Source: Bigelowiella natans CCMP2755
Lineage: Eukaryota > Protista > Cercozoa
Assembly: GCA_000320545.1 (NCBI GenBank)
Contig: ADNK01002807.1
Span: 1-64,000 of the forward strand
Reading direction: 5' to 3'
DNA: 64,000 nt
Position 1 is the stretch's first letter. The number at the start of each line of letters is the position of its first letter. The position numbers and the translations under genes are program-made. Positions 1 through 13,473 of the stretch are shown here, one piece after another. The notes below the pieces were generated by a model, which saw only the letters and a list, made by a program, of their open reading frames with translations, searched no databases and was not told the origin of the DNA.

Positions 1-350
1 GGTTCTGGTCATCATGAAGATGACAGTTACTGCTACATCCTAATTCTTTCCGAATAATAATACTAATGTGCTCATCTCTTCTTGCACCAAGCAGCTATGA
101 TGACACATAATCACTATCATCATGCCCTCCTCTGTCACCACCATCATCGTTACAACTGCCGCTACTGCTCTCTTTGGCCATTCCATTTCAAACTTATCAC
201 ACTTCTCCTCTTCCCACCCCCCCCTCTTTTCATTTTTTCGTTTTTTCCACTCACTAATGATGTGCTCATGGAACAGCAGCATCATCATCATCATCATCAT
301 CATCTGAATACAAATATACTAAAGCTGCGATCATTACCCTCATTGTACAG

Positions 351-740
351 GGAGATTCAAGTAACAGATACAATTATGACTCCTCGTTATATGATGAGCT
401 AATCTACGAGAAGCAGGTCGGTGATGACGATGATGATGGTGATGATGCTCTTTCTTGGATCATCAACGCGACAGACATGCAATGTGTCATCTTCCACCTC
501 CTCTTCTCCTCATCATCCTCCTCGTCCTCGTCGCCGTCGCTTTGATCTTATCTTTGATGTATGATTATCGTCATCATCATCGACAACAATAACAAACACA
601 GGATATGCTGATTCTTTTTGCTGCTGGTAATGACGGTGACTCCGGCTATGGCTCCCTCGGTTCTCAAGCGAACGCCAAGAACGTAAGCAAATGAAAGGAG
701 AGGAGAGGGGGGGGAGAAATGAATCCACTCGATATATCAT

Positions 741-778
<38 letters not shown>

Positions 779-937
779 GAATACTACGGAATAGGTTTTG
801 GTAGTCGGAGCTGCATCTCAGCCTATATCCTATGAGCTCAGCCACGCCCTCAATGTTACCTACCTCGCACATCGATACGAGATTTATCGAACACTTTGCG
901 ACCCAACTGCCAAGGCATGGGAGGGGGTAAGCGGACG

Positions 938-982
<45 letters not shown>

Positions 983-1082
983 TAGCGGAGAAGCGACCCA
1001 GCCATATCTCTCTCTTTTTATTTTCCCCTCTCCCCCCCCCTTCCCTCTTCTCTCTCTCTTTACCTCTCTCCCTCTCAGTGGT

Positions 1083-1143
<61 letters not shown>

Positions 1144-3211
1144 CGTGCTGACGTATCTGTATTCGTATGATTCCTACCAAGATAATACCACCATCTGAAT
1201 CGCAATATTGTAGGGTCGATTGCTCTCGGATCTTAATCGTATCGTGGCTGGAGTGTGTGCAAGAAAGAGGGAAGGGAGGGGGGGGGAGCTTCCGCCGACA
1301 GCACCCTACTTTCCTACCATTAACGATGCAAAAGACTACTACTGTCCCAAGATATCAAACGATAGTACATGGCACGATTTTGTGTGTAGAGTTTACAAAT
1401 TCAACTTCACCGCAACGGATGATGATGATGAGAGGGAGGACTGCCGGGAGGGCATCTTGAGGCTATCATACATAGGATATGGAAAGGCCTTGCCATTCCC
1501 ATCCGCGTGTGCATCTCACTCTAGAGACCGATTAGTGCGCGGCTACCATGAAGATACTATCGGCGAAAGGTTGTTGTTGATGATGATGGTGATGATTAGA
1601 GGACAATGTCGGTGTGCCAATGTCGATGATGTTGTTATTGTTGTTGTTGTTGTTGTTGTTGATGATGATGATGATGATGATGATAGTGAACATCCTACAA
1701 ATATATTGAGATCTGAGTATGTGTGTGTGTTATTATATGTGTTTGATGGAAAATGTTCTCTTCCTCCCTACTTCTAGACGAATGGCATACTTCTCCTCAC
1801 GAGGGCCAACACATGATGGACGGATCAAACCTGACGTAACGGCGCCTGGCTACTACGTTGTCAGCTCACGTGCTGATGCTGATACGACAACCGATCAGTG
1901 TGGCAATCCACTGGAAGACGCGCCCTCTTCTTCATCATCATCATCCTCCTCCTCATCATCATCATCGCCATCGATGATCGAGCCAGGTTTATTGACGATG
2001 GCCGGTACCTCCATGGCTACACCCATCACAGCGGGGTCTCTAGCTCTGATCCGGCAGTACTACGTGGAGGGTTATCACGTCAAAGGGGCGAGAAACATGT
2101 CAAACGGGATCAATCCCTCTGCTGCCCTTCTCAAGGCCACGGTGACGATAAAATTAGGGATAGGAAGTAGAAGAGAGGGGAAATCGAAGGGTAAGAAATA
2201 GGTCGGGGAGGGGCTGCGGAAGATGCACGTGTGATGGGCAGTGATAGTTGTGTTTAAAATTGGGGTGGGGGGCGGGGGGTGTAGAGGGTGAATCAGTAAG
2301 ATGACACCCAGGTTACTTCTGTGAATAGCAGCATCAGCAACGTAAATATTTGCAGCTTCCCCTCGTCCTCCTCCTCCTCCTCCTCCTCCTCCTCCTCCTC
2401 CTCTACCCTCTTCTTGTTATCTATATAAGTAGCAGTTAGTCCTGTCATCCGAAAAACCACATCTCACCACCACCACCACCACTACCAACAACAACAACAA
2501 CAATACTCACAGGTAATAGCATCTTCAGTTTCAGTGGAGGGAAGTATTCAATACTTCCACCGTGCACACAACAACACATGCCAGCAGCACCACGGCGGCT
2601 CATGCCCTCCCCTCCCACATGAAGGCACCTGTCCTCTCTCAGACGTCTTCTGCCCCTCTCCTACTGCTGCAGACTCCTTAGCCTCGCGTGAGCTCTGGAT
2701 GGCAGGGGGCTATGGATTCGTGCATCTTCCTTCCATTCTTTGGTTTGCATCTGATAAGGACGGGACCACCAACAGTAGCTCATCATCATCTTCGTCGTCG
2801 TCTCCTCCCCACCGTAGAATGAGCATCGTGCAGGATTCTGATATCTTCCTTGGGAATCAAGATTCGGTGGTTCTCACGCTGGACTTCTCCGATCGAGGAA
2901 GAAGAAGAAGAAGCAACAACAAAACAAGCAGCACCAACCATGACGATTCCTCTCCAACCTCGACGACGACGACGCCATCATTTAGAGCTGCTCCCATGCG
3001 TGTGGTACTAGCATGGAGCGATCCTCCTGCTAGCCCAGCTGCTTCCAAGGCACTTGTCAACGATCTTGATCTTGAGCTCATCTGTAGGAGGGGGGCTGCT
3101 GCTGATGATGACGATGATGATGATGCGGTAGATCAATCGTTCGTAGAAGCTTTTATTAAATTGGGAGCCCTGTAGTGATAATTCACGCGAAACACTGCAT
3201 AATCATTGGCG

Positions 3212-3250
<39 letters not shown>

Positions 3251-4316
3251 CGCGCGCGCACGTTTATTTATGATTTCTGTGTATTATTTATGTATGTGTG
3301 GGAAAAGGCCGAACCAACAACACAAATGGGGAATGGAGCTTACCAGAGGAGGCGAGGAGGTCTTCCTAGTCGGGATTCTAGAAACAACGTTGAAGTAGTC
3401 GACTCCGCATCTGCTATAGGCAAAGGTGATGTTTGCACGGTGACAGTCAAGGCAGCTTCAGTTAACGTTGGAAAGCAGAACTTCGCTTTGGTAGTTCTCA
3501 GCAGCCCTTTCTTTACTTCAAAGGTAGCAACAACTCAAACTTGGTCACAGTTGTTATCATGCTGACATCGCTATATTAATAATAATAATCATCATCATTA
3601 TAATTATTATCATCATTTTCAATAGAAACAGTAGCAGAATCGATGAGAAACGTATGATAGTGGTTGATGGTGAGATATTTCAATCATCATCAGCAGCATC
3701 ATCTTCATCGTCGTTGTCATTGCCATAGCCACCTCTCCCTAATGAGTTAATCGTACTTCGAGCTACTTCTTCTCACCAATCATCTAAATATCATCATTCT
3801 ACTGCTGCTACTACTATTTCTCTTTGGAAGATCTCCGTGAATCGCGTACAGGGCTCATCACAAACGTCCCTAAGTGCAGCCGAAATCACCGCCATAGCCC
3901 TGGGTGTGTTGGGCGCCATTGGAATGCTAATAAGGTAGTGAATAACGAATGAGCTCTCACCACCATCCTCATCGCAACACTATTTGCTTTTCCCCGACGA
4001 TTATGGTCCTGTTGTGGAATAATCGATGATTTGCTCTGGGTTATACTCGATGTATTATCAACCAGCTTACATCGGTGCTGGCAAGCGCGAGTTGAAGAAA
4101 GTCGAAGAGCTGAGATAGCCATGCATGAGATACTACCGTCCATGGAGGTTTATTATTTACCATGCCAATATAAACGTACTGACAGCCAACAACCGGAATA
4201 AATCGCACCATGCTTTCTAACAGGGAGCGTTTGGAATCGGGTCTGAAGAGGAGGAGGATGTATTTTCAATAGAAGACCTTGACGGCGGCCATGACGAAAT
4301 TGCTATCTCTGACTAG
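351..4316 (+). CDS. Subtilisin-like serine peptidase (S8, KP-43/TagC-like) with C-terminal TM helix; 5'-partial, multi-exon
   Basis: Spliced exons (351-416, 602-682, 795-926, ~1214-1569, ~1778-2141, ~2512-3127, ~3309-3522, 3831-~3933, ~4066-4147, ~4224-4316) give DMLILFAAGNDG..NAKNVLVVGA (oxyanion Asn), FSSRGPTHDGRIKPDVTAPG, catalytic AGTSMATP, VVLAWSDPP..LVNDLDL, DSRNNVEVV, a TM segment EITAIALGVLGAIGMLI and an acidic tail; TAG at 4314-4316. Catalytic Asp/His lie upstream of the window. Confidence 0.9.
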
Positions 4317-4764
4317 CTGATAATGGCGAACAAGATGAAGATGCTACATCTTTATAGACAATGCTGCAATAAATGAGCAAGGAATAATAATATAAACGTC
4401 ACGTAGCTATGTTGTCGTGTGTCTGCCATGCTAGCATGCCTAGATGCATGCGTCAACACCAATGATGCAATGTATAATGGATAAGTACAACGTGGCTCTT
4501 TGCACGATGCATATCACATGTGACATGCAACCACACCAAGCATACACATCTAGACATGCTAGCATGTGCATAGCTACACCAGGATGACCATTGAAAATAA
4601 GATTTGATAATGTCATCACATCCGTCTCACGTGTGCGTGCATGCTAGCATGTGTTCATGTGCAGCAGCTGCGTGTGTACATTCATCAGCACTTGTGTGCA
4701 TGAGCTAAACGGATGTAGTACATTATTTAATTTTCATTTTTACTGCGCGCGACTTTGTAGACCA

Positions 4765-5203
4765 CTAGACTATGCTAGCATAGAGAGTTGATGACGGATC
4801 AGCAGCCCTCATTCCCTCTGATCCTGAGCAATAGCGACTTTGCAATGTACCAGCACCACGAATTTTCATTTTTTTTTCAAGCGGACTTCGACATTCGCTT
4901 CTCCTGCGCCTCCGTAGCTTGAAGTTTTGGGGGACTTGTGCAAGCATTTTTGCATCACATGCATATGAAACGAGAGTTCCCGCCACACTTTCATGAAAAT
5001 TCAATTTGTCTCAGCTCTTTCAATTTTCAAAGCCTGTGTTGTCCCACAAAGATGGACAATCAGCAGATGCAGAGCAAGCGGCGAATGCCGAAGTCCGCAT
5101 GAAAAAAGAGTTGAAATTGAACGTGCTGGATTTTTCATGGAAAGTCGTTATCTACAAAAATGGGGCCTGCTGATCCGTCATCAACTCATACTAGCATAGC
5201 TAG
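4765..5203. mobile_element. Non-autonomous foldback/MITE-like element with ~130-bp imperfect inverted arms
   Basis: GAGTTGATGACGGATCAGCAG (4785-4805) is the exact reverse complement of CTGCTGATCCGTCATCAACTC (5167-5187). Pairing continues inward (cgacttt/aaagtcg, ccagcac/gtgctgg, gcggacttcg.cattcgc/gcgaatg.cgaagtccgc) and outward (tatgctag/ctagcata). No transposase ORF. Confidence 0.6.
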
Positions 5204-5740
5204 ATAGCATACGCTTTGCTGTATGTAGGATCGAGCGATCAACAAATGAGGCAAATAAAAGATCAGCAGGTAAGCATTCAGTATTGCGGTGCTTGGTTGA
5301 GCCCACCGCGCGTATATGAGCAAGGAGGAAGCGACTGGGCACATGCCTGTGCGCTTGCGCATATAGTGCCAAGCTAGCAAGCATCGCTCTAGGCGATGGC
5401 ATAGCGTTTGGCGTGTTAGCATGCACTACTAGACTAGTTGCTTACATGGACCAACAACGCGCTCGCTGAACATGCAATCACTAAAAGCGTGAAGGCTAAT
5501 GAATGCTATTGGTATCGCACATGTACGAACGTATCAATATCACATTTTGGTGGAAAAAGTGAGATATTGGTATTTACATGTGTACGTAAGTTAGCAGGCA
5601 ACACAACTAACACAGCGCAAGCATAATTGTTTCGTCCGTCGTCGATCTGCATCGTCATCCACCAATAAGTTAACGTTGGCTTAGGCCGTTCATTAGCCGT
5701 ATCAGGCTACTGACATACCTTCTCATTGATAATATTGTAT

Positions 5741-6693
5741 TTAAACTTTTCTTTTTTCATCATCATTAGATTTTTTTGGTTGGTCGTACTCCTCCTCTCG
5801 AAGATCTGTGTCCTTGAGATCCTCACGATGTGGTAGCAAATTTCCATCTGTTATTTTTGGATCTAATATCCTATCGATGTCGTCGAGAGGGCAGAATTTC
5901 AAAAAGGTTGCATAAATGCTCACACAAAGGAGTAAAAGGCCTTTAATCTCATATTGGTCGGCGGCCTGAAGATAACAACTAATTAGGCAGCGTTATACAT
6001 TCGTCTGCGAAGATAAAAACATCTAGATATTCAATGAATGTATGTATGTGTGCGTGCAAGAGCTGAGAAGGAAGCCTTATGATAAGTGCAAATCACTTTA
6101 CGATTGTGGGGCGACACCTTTGTAAGTTTTGCAAGCTCGATTCGATTCTTTGCGATATTCCACATAAAGTCTGCATGCCACCCGTGTCCTGGGCCACATA
6201 TTTTGACCCAGATTTCCTTCAACTCTTTGCCAGAATTCTCATGAATCTTCAGGGGCGAATCGATTTTGATGGTCTCTTCCCCCTCACACTTTTTCATGTA
6301 GGCTACAATGCGCTCGAGCGTTTTTGAGGGACAGTCAAACGTGATTTCCCTGTGGGATGTATCGTCTTCTTCAAAGGCCACTTTTATGACATTCGATATC
6401 GTCGCGTGTTTGATAGGCAATTTGAACCTATGTTTCTCATTTGACACCAGTGTAATCTGCATCGTCGCTTTCTCGTCAGTCTCGTTAAGTTCATTGTCGA
6501 GCCCTTCCTATGAATGACAAGGAATGAATGTCTTCGCTTCCTATTCGTGTCGTGATCAGGGAAGAAGTTGTCGTGTAAAGTAACACCCCCACAGCCATTT
6601 TTTAATCACTAATTCATCTATTTCCCCCATAATATAATCTTTTACTCTCACCGTCTCCATTCTTCCTGGCACTAATTTCTTCTTATGTTCCAT
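5741..6693 (-). CDS. Divergent SKP1/BTB-POZ family protein
   Basis: Exons 6693-6652, 6507-6118, 5965-5741. ITLVSNEKHRFKLP..ATISNVIK..TLERIVAYM matches the SKP1 POZ region; AADQYEIKGLLLLCV matches AANYLDIKGLLDLTC. 5' end uncertain: frame stays open to a possible acceptor at ~6780. Confidence 0.75.
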
Positions 6694-7214
6694 GTTCTGC
6701 TCTATTCTTCTTGGAGGCAGTGCTTGATCTATGAAGCTATCCCCACTCTCCTTGCGTCCCTCAACAACTCGATGTTTTTCCTATATCATAGCACTCCTGC
6801 AGACAATTAGGACAAGAGGGGCGGAATGGTAGAGCCCCAAGATACCACGTACTTTGTCTGAGAACTAGAGAAATCATGGTGGAGGCTTTGTCGTATGATT
6901 GAAATACATGCCATATCGACGCAATTATTAATTTGGACTATGACGTAGGTTGTTTTGGTATGACGACAACCTAGATGGATATTATTTTTTAAAAGATTCC
7001 CAAGCTGGTTTGACGAACGAAGGGACATACCCGAAAGCCAATCGCGAAGGGGCGGAAGGTCACCTAAAGCCTTCAATCCCATATAGGATTCATCCATCAT
7101 TAGTTTTATCATCATACTGAGCGCTGATCTATGCGATCACGATGCTTGCACTTATCTCTCGTTCCGCTACACTTTCATAAGTTGTCCGTAATTGGATTAG
7201 GAGCTATCGTATCG

Positions 7215-8772
7215 ATGCGAAGCCAGCGTTCTTCTTCCTCACGCTCCTCCAGAGAAAGCCGATCGAGCTCTCATCAATGGGTAGTACCTTCTATTATGTC
7301 TTTAGTTTCTTGCGAATATATGAAGCTCGTTTGTTTGTTTTTTAAAATTCCCCTCTTCTGTACTCATCATCATCATCATCATCATCATCATCAATTCATT
7401 CATTCTTTGATCTCGTTATGTACACTTCCACAAGTCTGTGTACAATGCACCCTTACAACATCACTGGTGGTTGTCATTAGGTTGAGTCCAAGAAGCGTCA
7501 GTATAAGAAGAGGGGAAGAAAAAGGAAAAATCTCCAAATCGGGGAAGGACAGAAGTGGTTTTGCACTCCAGAGCCTGCTTATACACTACAGAAGGTATAT
7601 ATTATATGTCGCCTTTATCTTCAAAAACCGATTGTCAATTCGAGTTCATTTCCGTTTTATTCTTTGCGGATGAGGACTGTGTGATTATCCATATCATCAT
7701 AACCTATTTCACGATGACTGTCATCGTCAATGGTGGCCACCAGCATCTGCTACTACTGACTTACCCTCTACTTATCACTACGACCGCCAATCATCATCTT
7801 CTTCATTTAAAGTAGCGCCGGGATTATATGCCTAAATGGTTTTTTTGCCCGAAACATTGCTAGAATCATATGTACAAGTGCTTTCTGTGCGATCGGCTCA
7901 ACTGCGGAAACCTCACCGCGTTTTTATATCATTTGGAGGTAGTAGTGGACTATGCCCATAGTGCGTGTGTGATTGTGAAGCTATTTTTCCTTTGTCCTTC
8001 TCCTTCTCCCTTCTCCTTTCCTAACTGGTGTAATTACGTTATTTTGAGAAGAACAATCTCTCCTTTACTTACCAGGAACACCGGCTAAAGATTATAAGTG
8101 AAATGGCCTCGAAGGATTGGTTACGAGTTAACAAGGTAGAGTAATGACAGACCCTCCTACTATGAAATGCCGGCACAGCAACGATAATGTCGTCATCATT
8201 TTCATATGATCTACCATCTATTTAATAGCCATCACCCTCGTGTCTCCTAACTCCAGTGGCCTCACATCATCATCATCATCATCATCATCATATGTTTTAT
8301 TCTAGGCGTTCCTGGACACGCAATTGCGCAGTCGTGGACTGATTGAGATGCTTCACGAACAATTTGATCAAATGGAAGGGGGAGAAAGAGGAGGAGGTGG
8401 AGGAGGAGAAGGTAATAATATACTAAATTTCAACGTAAGTGTTAATAGAATCGTAGAGAAATTTTGGGCATGTTGTGTATCATCAATGCTGATCGCGACA
8501 CTTATTATTGCAAATATGAAGGAAGCTCAAAGAATGCCGACAACAAGGCTAACGATGATGATGGGGAAAGTGGACCTGTCTTCAATGCTGCTGCTACTAC
8601 TACTACTACTACTCCCGATCAAGAGGGCCCATCTGATAAGAAGGAGAAGAAGAAGAAGAAGAAGAAGAAAAGGAAGGGAAGAAGAACAACCATCATGCGG
8701 TCTGGAACAGTCTGCTGATATTGACAGTGATGATGATGATGATCAATGTATTTCTAGGCAACAAGATTTTCA

Positions 8773-8842
<70 letters not shown>

Positions 8843-9243
8843 TGCATCAACAACTTAGAACGGCGTCTGGATCAAGGCCTGACGATGACGATGGTGATGA
8901 CGATCATAATAATGAGAACAGGAAAACAAATAAACGGCGTAAAGCGGGGGAAAATATTAGTTCTGGAGAAGTCAATGAAGAGTACGATGAGAATGAAGAT
9001 GATAATAATGAGGAGGGGGGTGAGGAGCAAAAAGATGACGACGAGGAGGAATCGATTCTTTATGATGATGATAATGATGATGATGATGAAGATAATGAAA
9101 GTAGTAGTAGTGACAACGGCGATGATGAACTTCAAAGAAATAAAAAGAGAAATTCATCTGAGGAGACTGATGATGATGATAATGAAGAAGGGGATAACGA
9201 TGGTAGAGGCAGCACAAGAAGTGGGATTGTCGTTAAGGGATGA
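7215..9243 (+). CDS. Hypothetical nuclear protein with one C2H2 zinc finger, basic NLS-like runs and a long acidic tail
   Basis: Phase-consistent exons ~7215-7280, ~7481-7593, 7864-7937, ~8076-8135, ~8306-8411, 8522-8699, ~8859-9243. YKCFLCDRLNCGNLTAFLYHLE|EH (C-x2-C...H-x3-H) is formed across a splice junction; KKRGRKRK and poly-K runs; D/E-rich C-terminus. Confidence 0.55.
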
Positions 9244-9499
9244 GTATCAACAATGCAAAAATGGTGGTTGTGGGGAGCATGCTAATGTTCCAGTAGCAGT
9301 ATCATTATAGTTGTACACTACCTGTTGTGTGTATAAATGTTATGCAGCTGCTCTAGTGCTGATTAGTCCCGATATTAAGCAGTAGCTACGTGTATATGCG
9401 GGCCCAGCGGCTTTTATTTAACCCGTGGCTACGGCCGCAATAGCGATCGAGCGCACTATCTGCGCTGTCTCTGTGCATGCTTGTTTAATAAATGCAAGG

Positions 9500-9538
<39 letters not shown>

Positions 9539-10084
9539 GTATTTATGTGAGAAATTGAGTAAGGGATACGAACCTCGGAAAACAGCTCGAGCAGTCTAGC
9601 TAGCTAGCGCAGTCAGCAGTAGCAATTGCGCTGATGATCGGTCGACGACCGAGCATGTCTACCATAGACGACATGCCGTACACTAGTACAGCTTGGCAAT
9701 GTGTGCAATCATGTACATACAGCGCTAATCTAGCACGGAATGCGCGCCCGCCCACTACACATATACATGTACAACACTACTACAAGACTATTATGCGGGT
9801 ACATTACTATACCTTTAGCATCGGATAAACAGCTGTCCATGCTGTCGCTGTGTTAGTAGTACAGTACTAGAGTAACGCATAGGAAAGTGTGCAGCGTTGA
9901 GACGTCATACAAGCTGTGCTTGCGCAGCTCATATTTCGAAATATACTTCAAATATCATCAATGACACTGCGCATGAAAGTTGCACATATCGTCGACACGG
10001 TTATCCAAGTTGTAATTGCAAGATGACACAACGAAACATTTCCTCCTTGCACGGTATACACAAAGGCGCGACACTCGCTCAAAG

Positions 10085-10797
10085 TCAAAATTGTGCTGGC
10101 TGTTTATAGCGCCAAAATTGCCCTGTTACCCAAACCCTCCGCCTCACATTACTTTTAATGTCCATTCTCGTTGTAGCATCTCCTATTCCAAAGGTATTGG
10201 TAATGTTGTCCCGCTCGTCATTGTTTATGCTGTATGGAAACACACGTTGCATGAATACCATTTCATCAGCTCATCTCACGACGCAAACGAAGTAAAACAG
10301 AGAAAAAGATTAAAAAAACGGATTTCTTACCAGATATATGTTCGTAACAAGCATCAGAGGTACATTATATTTACACACATCGCACCAGTGAGACGATTGT
10401 ACATCATCTTATACTTACCATGGAGGTGAGAGAGCAAGCCACAGCACGTCCTCTGCGGCATCTTCCGGTGATTTTGCCTGATATTCTTGGCCCGCAGTTA
10501 TCTGAAACAAATCGTGATGATTTTCGTCATCATTGCAAACTCATCTGTCTCAGCCTGTTATCATTACCATATCTGTAGCCACATCTCCCGGACACACCGA
10601 GTTAATGATATAACGATTCGCGTTTTTGTCGCTGTTGCTCAATATTCTTGTGATAGCATTCACAGCAGCCTTCGACACGCTATAGAAGGGACTCTCACCG
10701 AATGCATACCTTCATAAGGATAAAAGTTCAGAAGAAGGAGAGAGAAGAAAAATAAGATGATGATGGCGAGGACAACGATAATAATAATAGTGATAAC

Positions 10798-10836
<39 letters not shown>

Positions 10837-13290
10837 GAATTCGTACTCAAAATCCGGATCGAACGTATCCAAGACTTCTCCAAGCATATCTTGGAGCAAT
10901 GCAATATCACTTCCCATCGATATCTTCTCTAGTCTTGCAGCCTTCCATGGTAGTACAAACACACACACGCACACACAAACACGCACCTCAATACTTACCA
11001 AGGTCCATACGCTCTCTTCAGGATTGCTAGTTTTTCCTCAAATAAACGAATGAGCTCACTAGTTGTTTACCAAGTCAGAATTGAGATAGTGAAGCTCTCC
11101 CTCAGACGATGACAGGTTTATGATAATTGGGGGTGTCATCATTCGCGATTTTCCAATATAGTCATCATTATTGTAATCTTCATCGTCTGTTTCCGTTGGG
11201 TTGAGTTGTTGCCGTGGCTTTTGCTGTAGTATCAACGCCTTCGTCAATGTATAAAGGCCAAACGTGTTTATTTCGAGGGATTTTATGGCGGCTTCCAAAG
11301 AGTTGGAGTATAAGCAAACCTAGGAAGTAGTAGTAGGGAATAGAAGAAGAAGACGCAAAGGGAGAAATAATCCATTGAATCACAAGGCGGAAAAACAGCG
11401 CGAGCTACGTATATGATGTTATCGTTTTAGTAGCATGATTCCAGGAATATTCTTCCCAAGCACACATAATTTAGATTTATAAATGAACGGCGTGCTGACA
11501 ACTCCACGAAGGTGTGTTGCTGCATCTCATGCTTTCGCTACATCAACTCATCACATTCTCACAGGTACAACGAAAGTGGAAACATGATAACAACAGCAAA
11601 GTAGTCAATGCTCTACCGCTGCATTATTGAACAAGACGTCGATTGGCCCGACCCTATCATTGCACCTATATGCATCGACAACCAAGAGAAAGAGTGCTTA
11701 CAACTAGCGTGCTATTACGAACCTGTTCTCATCATCATCATCATCACCACCACCACCACCATCGTCGTCATCTTAATTCTTTAGTGCTGTTTGTGGTAGT
11801 GATGGTGGATATTATGATTTTAGTAGAGGTAATGCCAGGCAGCTACTTGAGGTAAATACCTCTTGTTCACACTGCTAGATGAAACACTTCACGGAAAATA
11901 TTACTATGGACTATACTGATGTTATGTTTTAGTACCAATCAACGAATCTAACGATGGTGCTATGATCCTCCAAATCCAGTTTGTGGAAATATAATCGTTT
12001 CTCATGAAGATCTATATTTCTGTTGCTTTCATCGATTTTTCTACAAATGATGCTATCTTCTTTCTCTCCTCCAATATCTCGCATACCTGAGCATAGCGAT
12101 GTCGCGTAGTTATCATAATCGGCATAGTAGTAATATATATTTTCGATCATCTTTACGTGTACACATATGTTTTACAAAAACAGCATATTACGAGTACGTA
12201 CATTTTTCGCCCCTTTCTTCGTCACGTGCAGCAATCACCACCGTATATCTGCCATTATTGTTTGCAAGAGGTAGATGAGGATTGAACGAACCATCCTTAT
12301 GACGTCTAACCGCAAGGTTGAATTCACAGTGGCTTACGGGAAATACAAAATTTGACAATCAATATTAGTATACTTATGGGTATGTATACATTTGCTGATA
12401 CAACACACAATTGATATGAATAATACGCGTATTTGACCCATTTTCAAGCATTTTCTGTGCTATGGCTTTTCCCAGGCCCTTCGTCCCCCCTGTCACAACA
12501 CATGTTCTTCTCCTTCCACTCCTCCGACTTCTCGTCTTCTCATAATTATTCGGTCTGCTGGATGACGATGATGAAGACGTTGATGATGCTACAAATGTGG
12601 CCGGTGATGCCCTCATCCGTATCTCTCGTTTGCTATCCTTGCTATACATTTCAAACGACAACGCAAAGTTAATCTCCATTAAATATTATAAACAATGTAA
12701 AAGATGAAAACAAGGCAATATTGTAACACATCAACTACGAGAATGTCTCCCTAAGAACTGATATTTCTATGCAAAACGCATCGGCGAGTGGTGAACGAGC
12801 GCAATTGCTGCATTTATTTATTTCGAACGACGACACCCAACCTCTCATCTAAGATAGGCAAGCAAACGCAACCACCCTTCCTATAACTATGAAGGAAATC
12901 CGAGAACTTGATACAAACAAGCATGCAATCATCCTGCGTAATACGACCGGCTTCGCAGCTGTCTCCAGGACGGAGAACATTTGCTCCTTTTCCCTATAAT
13001 TCTTCCACAATTGAATCGTGTGCGCGAGACTATCGTTTGCGGTGTGGCCATCGTCCCTGTTATTGAGATGTTTCTGGCTTGTATTCTTGCTTCTCTAGAC
13101 AATTTCCAATGTAGGAGAAGGGGAAGAGCCAGTAACGACAGCGGTAGGAGCACGGCCCAGACGAAGCTGGGACGGTATGATGATAATGATGATGTTGAAG
13201 ATAAAGATAATGCACGTCAACACTGTTTTTGAAAGAGAAAACAGGAAACAATTACCTTCTCCTTCTCGCATCCACCCTTCCCCAAGGCAT
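10085..13290 (-). CDS. Short-chain dehydrogenase/reductase (carbonyl-reductase-like) with bipartite signal + transit peptide-like leader
   Basis: CVVTGGTKGLG (Rossmann), VVIAARDEERG, HKLDL, IDVLFNNAA, IINLSS, catalytic YSVSK, INSVCPGDVATDM, C-terminal TGQFWRYKQPAQF* (stop 10085-10087). Leader exons 13290-13256 and 13166-12948 splice in frame to 12641: hydrophobic FVWAVLLPLSLLALPLLL, then an R/S-rich stretch. Confidence 0.85.
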
Positions 13291-13473
13291 GGATTGGGGT
13301 AGGTATATATGTTATGTGGTGCAATTCATTTAGCAGGTCGGGAGACCACCGGAGAGAGAAGGAGGAGGAGGGGACAGGCAGCTGGTTGTTATTGTCGCGT
13401 TACAGGGAACACAAGCAAATAACTAAAACCTACTGGGAAAAGGCGTTGTCGTTGTTGCGGAACCGCTTTCACG

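Noticed and set aside
7816-7870. Apparent in-frame TAG readthrough (KWFFCPKHC*NHMYKC)
   Set aside because: The TAG at 7861-7863 is better explained as a phase-0 3' splice acceptor following a T-tract.
8435-8458. Possible nucleomorph-style tiny intron (gtaagt...ag, 14-24 nt)
   Set aside because: A conventional 110-nt intron (8412-8521) gives a phase-consistent model; intron sizes and composition indicate host nuclear DNA.
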